From NCBI GenBank assembly GCA_017499595.2, contig CM038998.1:1426001-1490000 (forward strand): a DNA stretch of 64,000 bases, read 5' to 3'. This document shows, in pieces, positions 1-13,696 of the stretch (its first letter is position 1; every line of letters begins with the position of its first letter). The DNA comes from Psilocybe cubensis. Lineage: Eukaryota. A program made the position numbers and the translations under genes. Below the pieces are notes generated by a model that saw only the letters and a program-made list of their open reading frames with translations, was not told the DNA's origin and did no database searches.

Positions 1-3000
1 CATAGGATCATCACCTTCAACGGAATGTCTAACGGGCTGAGGCCAAAACCCTGATAACGCCTTCAAAATAGAGTTCCTTTCCGTGCCGCCTGTAAGCTCT
101 AAATCCGATGGAGGGGGTGTGAGCGTCGTATCTTGCTTATTTCTGATTGTGGCAGATAAGAATGGTGACGAAGGTACTGATATCTGACCAGGAGGAGGAA
201 GCGATGTTGTAGGTTCTTCTTGTCCTATGGGTAAATGCTCTGTTGATGCTAAATCAATCGTCGGAATCACTTTGGTGACAGGCTCCGTGGGTAATTCCTC
301 ATTTTTCTCTGGCAATGTTTGCGCAGAGGTTGCCGTAGCAGGCTGATCTTCGTCGTTCCCTTCATCTTCATCATCAGCTTCGCTGGAAGAATCAGAACTT
401 TCAGAGTCGTCGCGTATGGCGTCCTTTACACTGTTCAGCACCTCAACTTTAGCACGTGCAGAGGCAACTGGGCGGGCGCGTTTCCCGCGAATCACAGCAT
501 ATCTACTTTTAGACCGTTCGGCGTCGCGACCCAAGCGTTCAAAGTGTTTTGCTATATTGGAAACTTTATTTCCAGTGCCACTAGGAAGCCTTCGAAAAGT
601 TGACTTAGTCGCGGAACTCGAGGAAGGACGGGGTGGGGGTTTGTCTTTAGTTCGACTGACGATGCGCGGCTTTGGTTGTTTAGGACCAGGGGGAACCGGT
701 TGTTTGCCAGATGGAGAGGAAGGACGACTAAAACGAACCTCTTTCCCATGAGCGCTGAAAGAACGTTTTTCTGGAGAATGCCTTCGGGAGGAAGATTGTG
801 ATTCAAGATTGGAACCTTTCGGGGCTGGAATGCGACTACCGTTTGTTACAGCAGGTGATCGACGAGAATGGGTCAGATATTTTGGAGCAACATTGGCAGC
901 ATAACCTTGTTCAAAATCAGAGGTGGATGCTTTTCGGACAGGAATTCGGTGGCGACTTTTACTGCGTATTGGCTGCCTTAAGGTCAATTGGGAAGGATAT
1001 TCTTGTTCGCTTTCTGACATGGCTGGTTTCGGTGGAAATGCTGTTCTCGTCAATTCGTGTATCCCCTGAGCAGGTAAAAAATCTTGATATTTTTTGACCA
1101 AGTCCGCAACACTCATGTTGGAATTGAGGCGCCTTGGAACTCGAGACGGCCTTGAAATTAATTCGTCTATCGTAGGTTCGAACTTCCCATCATCCTTGAA
1201 GAAAGGTTTAGTAAAGCATAACTGGAGCACAAAAGTAAATGCCAAACCTTTATGATATTCGTTGTTTCGGCGTTGGCAACTTCTTCACGAGGAGCTCCGA
1301 TAGTGGAATCGCTGTCCGGATCTGACTTCGGAAGGTCTTCATGGACTTCATTCTCAGATACCCCTTCTGTATTCTCCTGTAAATTTGAATTTAAGAAAAG
1401 TTTCTCCCCCCGTTCGTTGTTGTCAGCGCTAGATTCGGTGTCTGAAGCAGATGACGCAAATGCGGAACTACTAGCTGCAATCCTACGTGACTTGTATGGG
1501 ACTTCCTCGGCCTCAGAAACGCTTGAAGAAGGCAGGTGGGGACTGTCGAAAGCATTAGCTAAATCGTATCTTCGAGGCCACATAGACCTTATGGAGTCAA
1601 ATGCAGACGATCGATTACTGTTCCTATTGATGGAGTTCTGAACTGGTCGTGGTTTAGGCAATCTATCGAAGTCCATTTGCCATGCAACAATTTTATCCTG
1701 ACGATATGCATGAATTTGATTAAGGGCCAGTGTATCTGTAGGTGGCGTATTTCTATAGGTCTCGTTGATGGATCGACTGATATCTTCTCTTTCAGACTCT
1801 GCCCTGGTGATCAAGGCATTGATGTCCGCCAAAAGGCGTGCGTCTGTCTCTTCATCCCCTGTCGCGGCATCGATGCTAATCAACTTGAGATCGTCAATCA
1901 AACCAGTGTACCAAAGCATATTACGATAATGTAGCCTTTCGAAGTCTGCATTTTTAAGTTCAAGTTGTGTCTCAGGCCGAACGCGAATGCGGAAAGGCGG
2001 ATATACGATTTCCTGTAAGACGACAGGATCTGCTTGGAATCGCACTGTCATGCCCTTGGTGGCAAAGAATCGGACGTGGTGTTGATATATGTTGTGTTGG
2101 CACCCTGCTCCATGTACAAGCAAAACATCCGCCGGGTAGAAATGAAGTTCCAAAAATTTGGCAAACGAATATCGCATCATTTCTTCCGAAACAGGAATGA
2201 ATGGCGTAGCTGATCCACATACTCTACAAGCACTCCATGTTGTAACAAGGTCGTATGATGGATAGCCGATAATTTGGCCGTCCCATTGCTCAACGGCGAC
2301 CGATAAGGATGTTTCATTGTGCACATAAACTTTACAATGTCGAGCAAGAGGTTGTTCGCAACCTTTGCCTGTGCAAATAGCCTTCGGATCCTGGTACTGC
2401 ATAAGTGTTTCATTAACGGACTTCTCGATAAATTGACCGAGTGTCATGTCATTTTCCCCGTAGAACTTGATATATGTTATTCGAGGAGCGAAACAAGGCC
2501 GATGTAAATTGACATCAGCGGAAGAAACAGTGTACTCTCTGACATGAATGCATTGATATTTTTCGATGACAAAATCGTCGGCATTTTTTCGCAAATACCA
2601 CTCCCAAATACGACGGAATTCTTCATGCTGCCATTTCAGGAACGTGTAGTAACTCTGATGGTGAATATCGGCGACAGTCTTCAAACATTCCGGTTCCTCT
2701 GGAGTAAGGAAAGAGGATGAGACGGCGGAGAGTGCAGGTGTAGTGGGTTTCGAAGGGCTAGGTGATGATGTTGGCAATGAAAAATACGAGTCCTGATCTG
2801 CAAGGCTCGCGGTAGGGAAACCATCTGCGTTCAAAGGAGTAGACGGAATATTTAAGACAGGTAGCGCCTCAATCTGTGCGAATATATCTTCGCATTCTTC
2901 AATGTTAGAAGTGAGTAGTCCATTGCCAGTTGGCGTCAACGCTGTGAGTGTCTCCTCGTGCCGATGCATCGATTGGAAGCGTTCTTCTTTCCGAACTATT

Positions 3001-5835
3001 TCATCTTCCCAAGCTCTCTTTGCCTCTAACAATTTATTGTCAAGTTCCTTCATTCTTCGAATAGGGTATGGCGGGGGGAATCGTAGTGTAGAAGAGATGG
3101 AAATGAAGGTCTTGGTATAGGGTTCGAGGGAATCGTCGATCCTTCGAGTCAAACGAAGTTGCTCCGCATCTTCATTGGGAAGATCCTCTTCTGTTCCATC
3201 GATAGGAGGGCTTACAACGCCATCTTTCTTTTCAGGCTCCGTACTCGATATGAGAAGCTTAGGTGCTGAGAAGTTAGCAGAAGGTAGCGAATTCATCGAC
3301 ACGTCGAGTTGTAACTGGCGACTTTCAGAAAGGGGTATAGCAAAGGCATTGTCGGACGGGAGGCTGATGACAGAATCTTTCCAAAGGTGGGTTTCTAGCT
3401 TCAAATTTCGAACGACGAAGGTAAGGAAACGTGTGACCTTTTTAATGCGCCGCAAAGTATCAATATTTCCGCCGCGCAGGATGATTGTGCATCCCATATC
3501 CCGATTGCAGCCTTCAAAACGCATATAAGTCTTGCGATGGCCTGGTATCAGTGGATGATCGTAGGTTTGAATACAATAGCGTGCACAGTGACCTAATCTA
3601 GGTTCAAGTGCCAATTTATCCATTGATGAGAACACATCGCCCTGTGTCATCCTTGCTATGGTCTGAATGGCGGACGATTTAACAGTTCGAGCAACAGCGA
3701 TATTGTGTTGTGCAAGAGCATCTAATGCAAGTCTAGACACAGATTTTTCAACCAGAACAACATGGGGCCTAAGAGCTGCGATGCGAGAGGCAAGATTGCC
3801 TAAGTATTCTTTTTCCTGACGCACAATTTGACCGAAGTGCATATATTGACCCTCGACACGTGAAAATTCCAAGGGAAATGTCACTAACATGACCCGTGGA
3901 TTAGCCTGGAGTCTCGACATTCGCTTGTGGGCAACATTTTTGGTGATGACGGCTCCCGTAACGTATTCTGAATCCCTCGGTTTTCCACCAGGTATTTTCT
4001 TGATTTTGACATATCGTCGAACATCCATATCTTGTCCTTGTCGATGAGGAAGCGAAGTGAAGGTCATCTCCCTTGCAATACGAAGAGCTAGTCGAAGCAA
4101 GGTTTCTTCCCATTCCCTGATATTTGGGATTTGTTCGCTAGTCAACATTTGACGCAGCATAATCTTCAAATGGTGCATTGATGCAAGGTTAAGCTCTTGT
4201 GCATAGCTAGCAAAATAATGAGAAGCATATCAGTGACCTAACAAAGTAAAACTTACGCGGTACTTTCTCGTCTCATACGCCATCCAGGCTCCACTTCCAA
4301 GGTCTGTGGCTCCAACCTGCTCTGCACCCGACTCCGGATAAAAGGCGTTGCAACATCAAATTCCCCGTATGGATGGCTTGAAGTAGTTCTTGATTTCAAC
4401 TGGAGGCGAGGCGTCCCTAATTGCTCTGGAGACCCAATTGGAAACTGAATGGAGCTTTGAGAAGCATCTATATCGATAGGTTTGGAAGCCGGAAAGTCGA
4501 TTCCAAGTTGCTTCTTAATCTTGCCATTCGGTACTGTGTGGTCTACGGGTAAAGAAGCAGGAGGGCTTTCCTGGTGTTCTTTTTCTTCGTCTGACAATGC
4601 TCGACGAAACGGCGCGGGGTTGTCCCTAACTGATTCCCAGACTCCATCTTCTCCTTCTCTCATGAGAGGTGTTTCTGGACGCGAAAAGCTACCATCCGAT
4701 CCGTATAGGGGCTTTCTGGTCTCTGCTATAGAGAACAAGTTAAATGGCTCGTTCGCAAAAAGGTGGGAAGCGGAAAAGGGCGATTGGGGGTGAGGTAAAC
4801 TAGTAAATGATTCAATTCCCATTTGATGTGCTGGGAATGTGGTAGCCGACGATATCACTGAGCGCCTATCATCATCATCGTCCTCCTCCACTTTAGCAAG
4901 TTTTTCTAGACATAAATTGCAGACGCGGACCATCCCTTCCGAGCCGAACCTAGCTCCCTTGATTATGTTCGAAGCGCAACGCGAACAAAAGATTTGTCCT
5001 AGAGTAACTTGAATGGAAGCTTCACCTCAACAGTAAAATGATTTCTTACCGCATATCCGACAGTGGTGTTTCCTTCTCCACGTAGTAAATATGCTCTTAC
5101 AGTCATAGCACTCCTTGCAGTTCTCATCATCCATCCAATAGTCGCGAGACAAACCTATACTCATTAGATAATAAACTTGACAGTTCTAAGATAATACATA
5201 CCTTCACCCCTTAACCTTCGCATAACTTTGGATACTGACCCAGATCTATTATGAATACTGGTTGTGGTTTTGATGCTGCGCGCATCATCCTGGATGGGAA
5301 AGCCAGGAATTGAAGTTCCAAATGGAGCATTATCAGCAAGGTCTATGCCAGGGGAGTATGGAGTTTTCGGTGCTGTGCTTCGGTCATATTCAACTGTGTA
5401 CGTCGGAAGCTCTGACTGAGCAGGTGTTAATGAGACAAGCGGAGGAGCTGCTTGTGCTGGAGCGGCAACAAGAGGATTCGGTCGGTCAGATGCAGACGTC
5501 CTCGAAGAGAAATTAGATGAATTTGTTTGAATAGTCGCATAGGTGGGACGTCGAGCTTCAGCGGTATTGGTCACAGTGTTGGCGTTGTTATTGCTTGTGG
5601 TCGCATTTGTAGTAGTTGCTGCCGCGGAAGTAAGCGGGGCTGATAAGGAGTTCTTTACTCGTGAAAGTATTGACGTAACAAGGGTATAGGATGACTGGTC
5701 ATGTTCATCTTCTTCTGAGAAGGGGTTGAATGAAGTAAGACTCGCTATATCATCGTTCAATTTAGTACTGCTCCTCGACCTGGAGGATTGGCCGCTGACA
5801 GAGTCTACAAGAGGAGACGCGGTTGGAGATTCCAT
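1..5835 (-). CDS. FAB1: 1-phosphatidylinositol-3-phosphate 5-kinase Fab1/PIKfyve (5' part; the gene continues past the left edge, and the kinase domain is not in the window)
   Basis: ATG at 5835. A FYVE finger is spliced over exons at about 5154-4900 ([43 protein letters not shown]...VRVCNLC). ORF 1167-4178 holds a Cpn60/TCP1-like domain ([10 protein letters not shown]...[13 protein letters not shown]) and the Cys-rich Fab1 conserved region ([12 protein letters not shown]). GT-AG introns separate the exons. Confidence 0.95.
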
Positions 5836-6308
5836 TGGCAGACCTGCTGTTACAGTGTGGGGAGATGGGAAGCGATAAATAGCTGGAGCATCTGTTGCAC
5901 ACCTGCTAAATCGCTTTCAAGTTAGGGACCTTCACAATGCGATCATCGCAGATCACGTGGATCGAATTTACTGAATCCGACTCAAAGGCAGGCATTTCAT
6001 TTCTGCACAATTGACCATAGCAGAATATAAGTCGTGCACAAGTAAATTTCGCGTCTTTGAGACAGACAAAAAGATTGGATCTCTCTATATAACTTTCAGT
6101 TATTCCGTTGAGAAATAATGTGCTTTAACTTGATTATGTCACTATTTGCACGTATTTAGTCTCCTATTCTTGCACGTGCACTAATGGCTTGAACTACTAA
6201 CTGCCGTAATTATCTGGGTTTGGCTTACAGTAACCCATTGTCCTCAAGGAAGATCCACGCATCCAAAGCGCTTCAAATCCTAATCGCGTTGTACCCTACC
6301 TTGCAAAT

Positions 6309-8341
6309 ATGGATGATGATGATGCTGACTATATGCAAGGAAGCGATGATGAAGTATGTACTATATGTCTTTCCCGGCGTCATGTTTACCAATTACTTAC
6401 TACCTAGGACTATGGCTTCGATTACTCTGATAACGATGATGCCAACGAGTCCGGCAGTGTGGATGTAGAAAACATGTATTATAAAGCCAAATGTGTGTTA
6501 TTTGTTGTTTGTTGTCTCGAACACATCATTGAATTCCGGTGTTCGAACCTAGCAAAGAAAGAAGATAGCCCTGAAGAAGCTTTGAAAGAATTCCGCGCCA
6601 TCGTGGATCAGGAAGATGAAAAGGGAGACTGGTTTGTGATACGCAAAAATTGTCATATCATAAACTATTTAACAAGTATTTAGGGGATTCAAAGCGCTTA
6701 AGCAAATGACCAAACTTCTCTTTCAGGTGCTACACAGACCTAGCGAGGCCCTGAAGACGTATACAGAACTTCTCACGTATACCAAATCGGCAGTAACGCG
6801 CAACTATTCCGAGAAATCTATCAATGGAATTCTGGACTATGTGGGCGGTGGAAAGAGCGGTGTGGTTGAAGTTGACGTACTTGAGAAGTTCTACCAGGTC
6901 ACCCGGAAAGCCTTAGAAGATGCAAAGAACGAGGTACGTTTTACCTTTTAGTGACCTTTGTCTTTCATTAAATATCCCTCAGCGTCTTTCGGTCAAAACA
7001 AATTTGAAATTAGCGAAGTTGTGGCTTGACCGCAAAGAGTACACACGTTTGTCCAAGGTTTGTCCTTTAAGGTAGTAATGAATATGAACATGGCTGATAC
7101 TTAAATCATTACCGAAGCTTATTCGAGAACTGCACAATGCCACAACTTCTGCGAATGAGATTGACGACCAATCACAACGCGGTACCCAGCTCTTGGAAAT
7201 ATATGCTTTAGAGATTCAGATGTACAACGAAACCCGAAACGTCAAGAAGCTCAAAGTAAATACCTCTCCCGCCTATTAATAACCCTCTGAAAGCCTTATT
7301 TGATACAGGAAATTTACAATGCCAGTAATGCTGTGCGCTCAGCTATACCACATCCTAGAATTATGGGCGTTATCAAAGAATGTGGTGGCAAAATGTGGAT
7401 GGGTGAACGTAAGTTCTCGCATACGATTGTCTATTCATTTTCCAGAGTCAATGACTATACCTCAAAAGGTCAATGGAACCGAGCCAGTGAAGACTTCTTT
7501 GAATCGTTCAGAAACTACGACGAGGCTGGATCGCCGCAAAGAATCCAAGTTCTCAAGTACTTAGTATTAGCGAACATGCTTACTGGTAGTGAAGTCAATC
7601 CATTCGACAGTCAAGAAACTAAACCGTAATCACGTTCTGTCGCTGTTTGGCACACAACAAATTGCTGATCGGCTGCACATTCTAGATACAAGACCAAACC
7701 TGAGATCAAAGCAATGACAGATCTAGTTGATGCATACCAACGTCGTGAAGTGCACTTGGCGGAGAAGATTCTAAAAGGTATGTACAAACTGTGGATTTAT
7801 GAAGGTGCTTAAGATTTTACAGACAACCGGTCAACCATTATGGATGATGGCTTCATTCGGTCATATATCGGCGAGCTACTTCGTAGTTTGCGTACCCAGT
7901 ACCTAATCGACCTGATCAAACCATACACCCGATTGGAGCTTTCGTTTCTCGCCAAGGTATGCATATTCAGAAAGACCAGCAAGGCGATGGAAGGTTTACT
8001 CGGAAAATTAGCAACTCAATGTAGATATCGAAGAAGTGGAAGAGCTCCTCATTGGCCTTATTTTGGAAGGTAAGGTCGAAGGCCGGATTGACCAAGTTGG
8101 CATGCGACTTGAGCTTGATCGAAAGTCAGTGTGTTATTTTGACAATTCTTCTGTCAATTCTTATTATTACTTTAGACAAAGTCTGGAGAAGAAAAGATAT
8201 GCTGCGCTGAGTCAATGGACAGACGCTCTAGAGTCTGTTCATGGTGTTGTTGTCGGCAAAACTGCCAGTACTTCTAGGGGTCCCGATCCTGTGATGTTGG
8301 GGGGAGAGAGCTTCGGTGTACGGGACGACAGATGGAGTTGA
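6309..8341 (+). CDS. CSN2: COP9 signalosome subunit 2 (PCI domain), multi-exon
   Basis: Spliced peptides [97 protein letters not shown] and LIKPYTR match hallmark CSN2 motifs. Confidence 0.96.
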
Positions 8342-8536
8342 TAGTGTATATCATTTGTCCAAGTTGATTGAATTACTTTCTGTATATTAAAGAACTGTTA
8401 AAACGAACCCTCTTTCGCCTGTATAACGACTGGGCATGGTGGTAGGTATATTGGGTTGAATAAGTCAACAAGAGTGTAAACTGAAAGATACCATTCAGCA
8501 TGATGCCTCATGAAATTGAAAAGGTGGAACTGACAT

Positions 8537-9103
8537 CTAAATATGCCTGTTGATAGCTTGCCACTCATATTTCCATCCTGTACGCGACGGGGTATCCGTA
8601 GGTATCCGTAATTCGCGAGGGAAGAGCCCACGTATCCGGGCCTCCAAAGCACGAATATGGGACACTTTCATATTTTTCATCGCTTCCACCTCCTCTGGAA
8701 GTCTAGCACGCGGGTCATCCTTCTTGTTGGCTTCCATAAACAACCTCTGATCCACCTCATGCAGAACGTCCATGGCTCTCTTCATGCACTCAAACTTCCT
8801 AGCCGTCTCTGCCTCCCGAGCCTTTCTGATATGTCGTTTATGGAGGAGCCACGCGCGCTCTATTGTTTCGTGGGCTTGAACGGATGGAATGGCAAGACGC
8901 AGGGCACGTCCCACGTCGGGGCGCCATGTACCAGTTGGTGTCGCCTTATTCCGCAGATTCGCGGGATAGAGAACGCGTCGGATGATCTCTTTTTGTGGAT
9001 CGTTTTGAATTTCAGCGAGTCCAGGAGCAGCATAATGCCTGATGGCAGCAAGTGTTTTGATAGGGAGCCTGGACTTTGCTGAACGAATTAATGAATTCGA
9101 CAT
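8537..9103 (-). CDS. MRPL28: Mitochondrial large-subunit ribosomal protein mL40 (fungal MRPL28 family)
   Basis: 188-aa ORF with a basic N-terminal presequence, the motif HETIERAWLLH...R and a C-terminal FPRELRIPTDTPSRTGW typical of the mL40/MRP-L28 family. Confidence 0.8.
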   Translation of the reverse strand: MSNSLIRSAKSRLPIKTLAAIRHYAAPGLAEIQNDPQKEIIRRVLYPANLRNKATPTGTWRPDVGRALRLAIPSVQAHETIERAWLLHKRHIRKAREAETARKFECMKRAMDVLHEVDQRLFMEANKKDDPRARLPEEVEAMKNMKVSHIRALEARIRGLFPRELRIPTDTPSRTGWKYEWQAINRHI

Positions 9104-9779
9104 ATTGGCGGCTGACTGAGAACAGAAAATTGGCAGTGAGTTGTCTTCTGGATTTGGGTGTTATTCCCACGAATGGCTTACGGACTTGTAATTGTCGAAC
9201 ATCTCTGGCTTTGAATATACATTGTAATATATGGACATCGCTAGGTATTTTTGAGAAAATGATACAGAAGCAAGGCAAGTTTTGAAAGACCCGCGTCTGT
9301 AGACACTTGGATCGGCGATGATACAAACCAGTAGTTCTGCGACAGTTAATTACCAAAAACATGGGAGAAAATGCAGACAACGAGTTGGTGACGTTGGTTA
9401 TGACAGATGGAGACAGCAGGTGGCATTAATTATCAACTGAGTCTGTGCAGCTTGGAAAATATCTTGTCCGAAACGGAAGCTTCAGTCCAGGAGCCATGGT
9501 CGTGAGTTACGTTTCAGCAAAAAAAAAACTAATATCGAGATGTTTGAGCACCCTAGGATTTCCTGATCGGATTTTTTTCAATCTGCAATCCGGGCGATGC
9601 ATTGATTCTTCGAATGCACAAGTGGTTTCGATGTGAACTTCTCCGACTCGGACACGGTGGAATATGAATATGATGCGGCATCTGCGGCGGCCATTCCCAT
9701 TGCCATCAGCCCAACGTTCACACGGCTCAATTTGGTTTACGGATGAGCAAGTCGCGTTCTCTAATTCCATAGGTTCAAA

Positions 9780-10917
9780 ATGCTTTCCCCACTCCTTCGG
9801 CAGTGTGTTTCATCACCCCCAGTACGTGTTTAGCATCATTTACTATACAATGTCCTGAACCATGAAATTCGGCGTAGTGTACTGCGTCTCGAGCACGCCT
9901 ATTCAGCACATCTGTGGCATTGCAATATAACCGGAAAAACAATGCATCTACGATACGCGTGCCTTCGAAAAAGGCCCAGGCTGCCAAAGCTAGGAGAAAG
10001 GCTTTGCTTGCGGCGAAAGAAGACAGTCGTTTTCTTAAGCTTACTCTAGAAGACGCCATCGCTGTTCTCCGGGTAAGTCTGGACATATACCATTGACGTA
10101 GTGACTGGCTAATAACATACTCTGTAAACCAGGCCGTGGAAGTTGCCTCTCCAAAGTCTACCTATGAATTAACGGTCAAGACCAGCGTTGGAAATGGTGT
10201 CGCTGTTCCCAGAGGCAGGGTGAACCTTCCTCGAGAGGCCAAAGCCAAGACCGAAGACAAGATTCTCGTTTTCGCAGAGGGGAGAATCGCAGAAGAGGCA
10301 AAGAAAGCTGGAGCACACATTGTAGGCGGTACCGAGTTGATTGATGGTGTACGTCTCTGTGATACTCCACATTCTTGTGATTTTTGACTGCTTTTCAGAT
10401 TTTGACCAATCGTATCCGTGCAACTACAATTTTGTGTACACCTGCTCTCATCAGAGCCATCACACCGAAACTCGGTCGTTTCCTTGGCCCCTTAGGTCTC
10501 ATGCCATCTGAACGACGAGGCACTGTTACAGAGGACATTGCCGGATACATTCAGAAGCTCCACGGTTCAAGCGAATGGAGGGCAGATAGAACTGGGACAA
10601 TCCGGGCTCCAATAGCGACAGTGAGATGTTAATGCTTATTCCCCCATTTTTTCCCACTTAGCAACATTATAGATGAGCTTTCCGGTGGAAGATGTCGCCA
10701 ATAATTTCCGTCAATTTTTGTTGTCCGTGAAGCGAGCGACCGGCAATTTGAAGGATTCGGAGAATACAGATCGTAAATCTGGAGGAGCTAAACCTGGTAT
10801 GTCCTTCTTTGAGAATGTCGTTGATGCCGTCTGATGGTCGCAACTCTAGTTACACCCATTACCAGAGTGTTGTTAAGCTCTTCAAAGGGTCCAGGAATTC
10901 GGATAGAAGATTACTGA
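9780..10917 (+). CDS. MRPL1: Mitochondrial ribosomal protein uL1m
   Basis: Presequence MLSPLLRQ...RARLFSTS followed by L1 motifs RGRVNLP, ILVFAEG, AKKAGAHIVGG, LGRFLGPLGLMPSERRGTV and C-terminal LSSSKGPGIRI. About 6 exons. Confidence 0.9.
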
Positions 10918-11231
10918 AAAAGTACAGCGCCTAGATGAGATGTACTATTGTTACCCTCGGATAAAAAATTCGTATTCGTTTGCTTATCGAAGCACTTAAT
11001 GCAACATATAAACTCAGATTGGGAAAGGTTATAGCTGAGTTTAATCTATGTCTGGTTTACAAAATATAAGCAGGTTAGTACATTATAGTATTAAATAATC
11101 TATACGGCAAAAGAGCGATGGGTTATAATGCAGGGGGTGAATTGTAGAGGTGGGGATGGCTACATCTTTCAAGTTAACACAGTGACTGACAAAGTCGCTA
11201 AATGTATAGGGCAATAGGATCAGCGATTGTA

Positions 11232-13500
11232 TCAATCTTGCCAAACCTTGTCTCCGCGAGTGCGAGCGAACTGCTGCTTAGATTGCTTCTTGCGTTCTCG
11301 GACACTCAACGCTATCTCGCCATAGCTTTGTTTTTGGCGAGCCTTGAAACTATCCTTTCTTTTCCCAATGTCTGCCCCGGAGCCACGATTGCCTTTCCTA
11401 ATCCTTGGTTGGTGACGCTCTACCGGCGCGTTTTTTGGTGCATGGGGGAAAAGATCCCCCCAATTAGACTTCCGAGCATCATAGAATGGCTGTTTGCCTT
11501 GGGACTTAGGAATGGTAATTCGCATCAATTGTCCTAATATAAGCATTAGTGAAAGTTTTTCAATTAATCTTTACCAGGGTTGACACACCTTCTTTGGTGC
11601 AGCTATCTAAGATGATGTGCCCAGGATTTTTTATTGGTCGGAAGACAACTCTGGGCCATTCGTATGCTTCTCTTCGGAGCGCCACCTGCAGATCTGAATC
11701 CCCTAGTTCGTCATCTTGAAGGGTAATGGTACCCTCGGTTTCGGGTATTTCAGCAGTGAGAATATTGTTAACAGTGTCATTTGCATCAAGTTCGACTTTC
11801 AATTCTCTCATTTCCTCATTGGCAAAACGGGCCATTTCCATAGCCCTTTTCCCTACTGCACCAACTCTACCGACCGAAGTATTGACTAGCGTAGGACGAG
11901 GGCCTCGTCGAATGACAGTGTACGAATACCCGATATCTTCGTGGCCAACACGTGTTTGTTTGCTGTGTCGCATGAATGGTGGACGTTGTAGCCGCTGAGA
12001 AAATCCGCAGGTGAGAGTGACGCCTCCCGGACGAAGCAAAGGGCAAGGACGATCATGAGGACACTAAATTGATGTTAACAGTCGATTGGGAGTAGACGAA
12101 AAAAATATTACTGGAGCAAGAACGTGAGAGCCCACAACATCCAATTTCGCGATCGCAGGGTCCTCAACCTCTTCATTACCCAACCGTAACAGATATTCTC
12201 TTGCTTGAGCAACAGCGTGGAAACCTTTTTCTGTATTATGATCAATAATTACCTGTGTGCGTATGTTATTTCATGGTATAAAAATGATGACCAAATCTTA
12301 CTATGGTATGAGCACCACTGTCCCACATCTCCTGAACAATTTTTTTCTGGGCTGTAGCTGTCGACAACGACGTGAGAGCGAATGCCGATAATGCTATTGT
12401 AGCCGGTCCTTCCTCCCGGAGCACCTTGTGTTGTTGTTCGTTAAAGGACTTCTTCCACGAAATATCAATGGAACCAGTTGGAACACCTGGGAATAGTGAG
12501 ATGTGCAGTGATAGTTAAATAGAAAAGGTCGAAACGTACGGGCAGCCAACTTCTTTCCGATAGACGCTAGTCCAACACGTTTCTCAATCCCAACGTAGGA
12601 TAAAATTTTAGATTTTTCGATAACTGCATCCTGAACAGCGTCGGAATCCAGATTGCTTTGGTGTTGAAAAGAATAAACTGAGGCCCTTGGCAACTTTTAG
12701 TAGAAGATGCAATTTGCTTGACTCAAAATGCATACCATAGTCCACTTCCAGTACCCGCACCCCAGTCTATTATTCTGTTCACTTCCCATGAAGGCTCCAA
12801 TCTCTGTTTGATGTGTTGTAAAACCGACATGATTGCTGAATAGTGTGCCGGGAGAGCTACAGTAGCAAATGCCATTCCGTCACGGATAGCATGCCTCATA
12901 GCCTGTTCTCGAGAAGAATATTTGACATCATACTCTGTATCCCACTGCCCTCCGCCACTTTCATCCTCAGGCGCTTTGAAAAGACGTGTCGAATCGCCGC
13001 GCAAAGCCAAAGTTCCTTCCTCTATATCAGGAATACCGATTTAATGAATCACCAACAAGTTTTACAGAAATATTACCGAAGATCAACTGGTCTACAGTAG
13101 ATTTTAATTGTTCCGGGAGAACGACCATGGATATCCGCTTGGAACCGAACAATGCAGCAGGAGATTTTCGGTGTTCAGGATCGTCGGAATCATCTTCGAT
13201 TGTGGGTTCAAGTGGCATTTGCATTGGTAGCCAATCTTGAACAGATAGTTCTTGCGTTACCTGGCTTGATGACCCTTCAATAATCTCCAATTCTCGATGT
13301 ACCGGTGGATTGGCTTTGTTGCTGTTCAAAGCAATATTGATGTCGTTGAGCAAAGCTTGATAGCTAGGATCGAGGTTCAAGGTAGGTTTTGGAGACGCAT
13401 ATCTCCTGGCCCCAGTAGTGCTAAGCGCACCATAGAAAATGTACCTCAGCGAAATACGATTCCCTATCCGCTGAGGAGTTAAAAATGACTTCCTTAGCAT
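11232..13500 (-). CDS. RSM22: Mitochondrial small-subunit assembly factor / methyltransferase-like Rsm22 (METTL17 family)
   Basis: SAM-binding-like IIDWGAGTGSGLW, the Cys motif AP/CPHDRPCPL...CGFSQRLQRP, WPRVVFRPIKNPGHIILDSCT, and FYDARKSNWGDLFP. Confidence 0.9.
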
Positions 13501-13696
13501 CCTTGCTTTGGGGAAGTGAGGTCCCTTCCTTAACTTGAGGGGACAACAAAACCAGTTCATGACTCGGGCCGGGGAAATTTGATGTTCGCTTATGTAAGGT
13601 CCTATTAGTCGCGACCATTGCAGTCATCGCGACTAACACGGTATACCCGCTTTCAATTCTCGAGAAAACCTATTATCTACCAAATTCCTACGCGGA

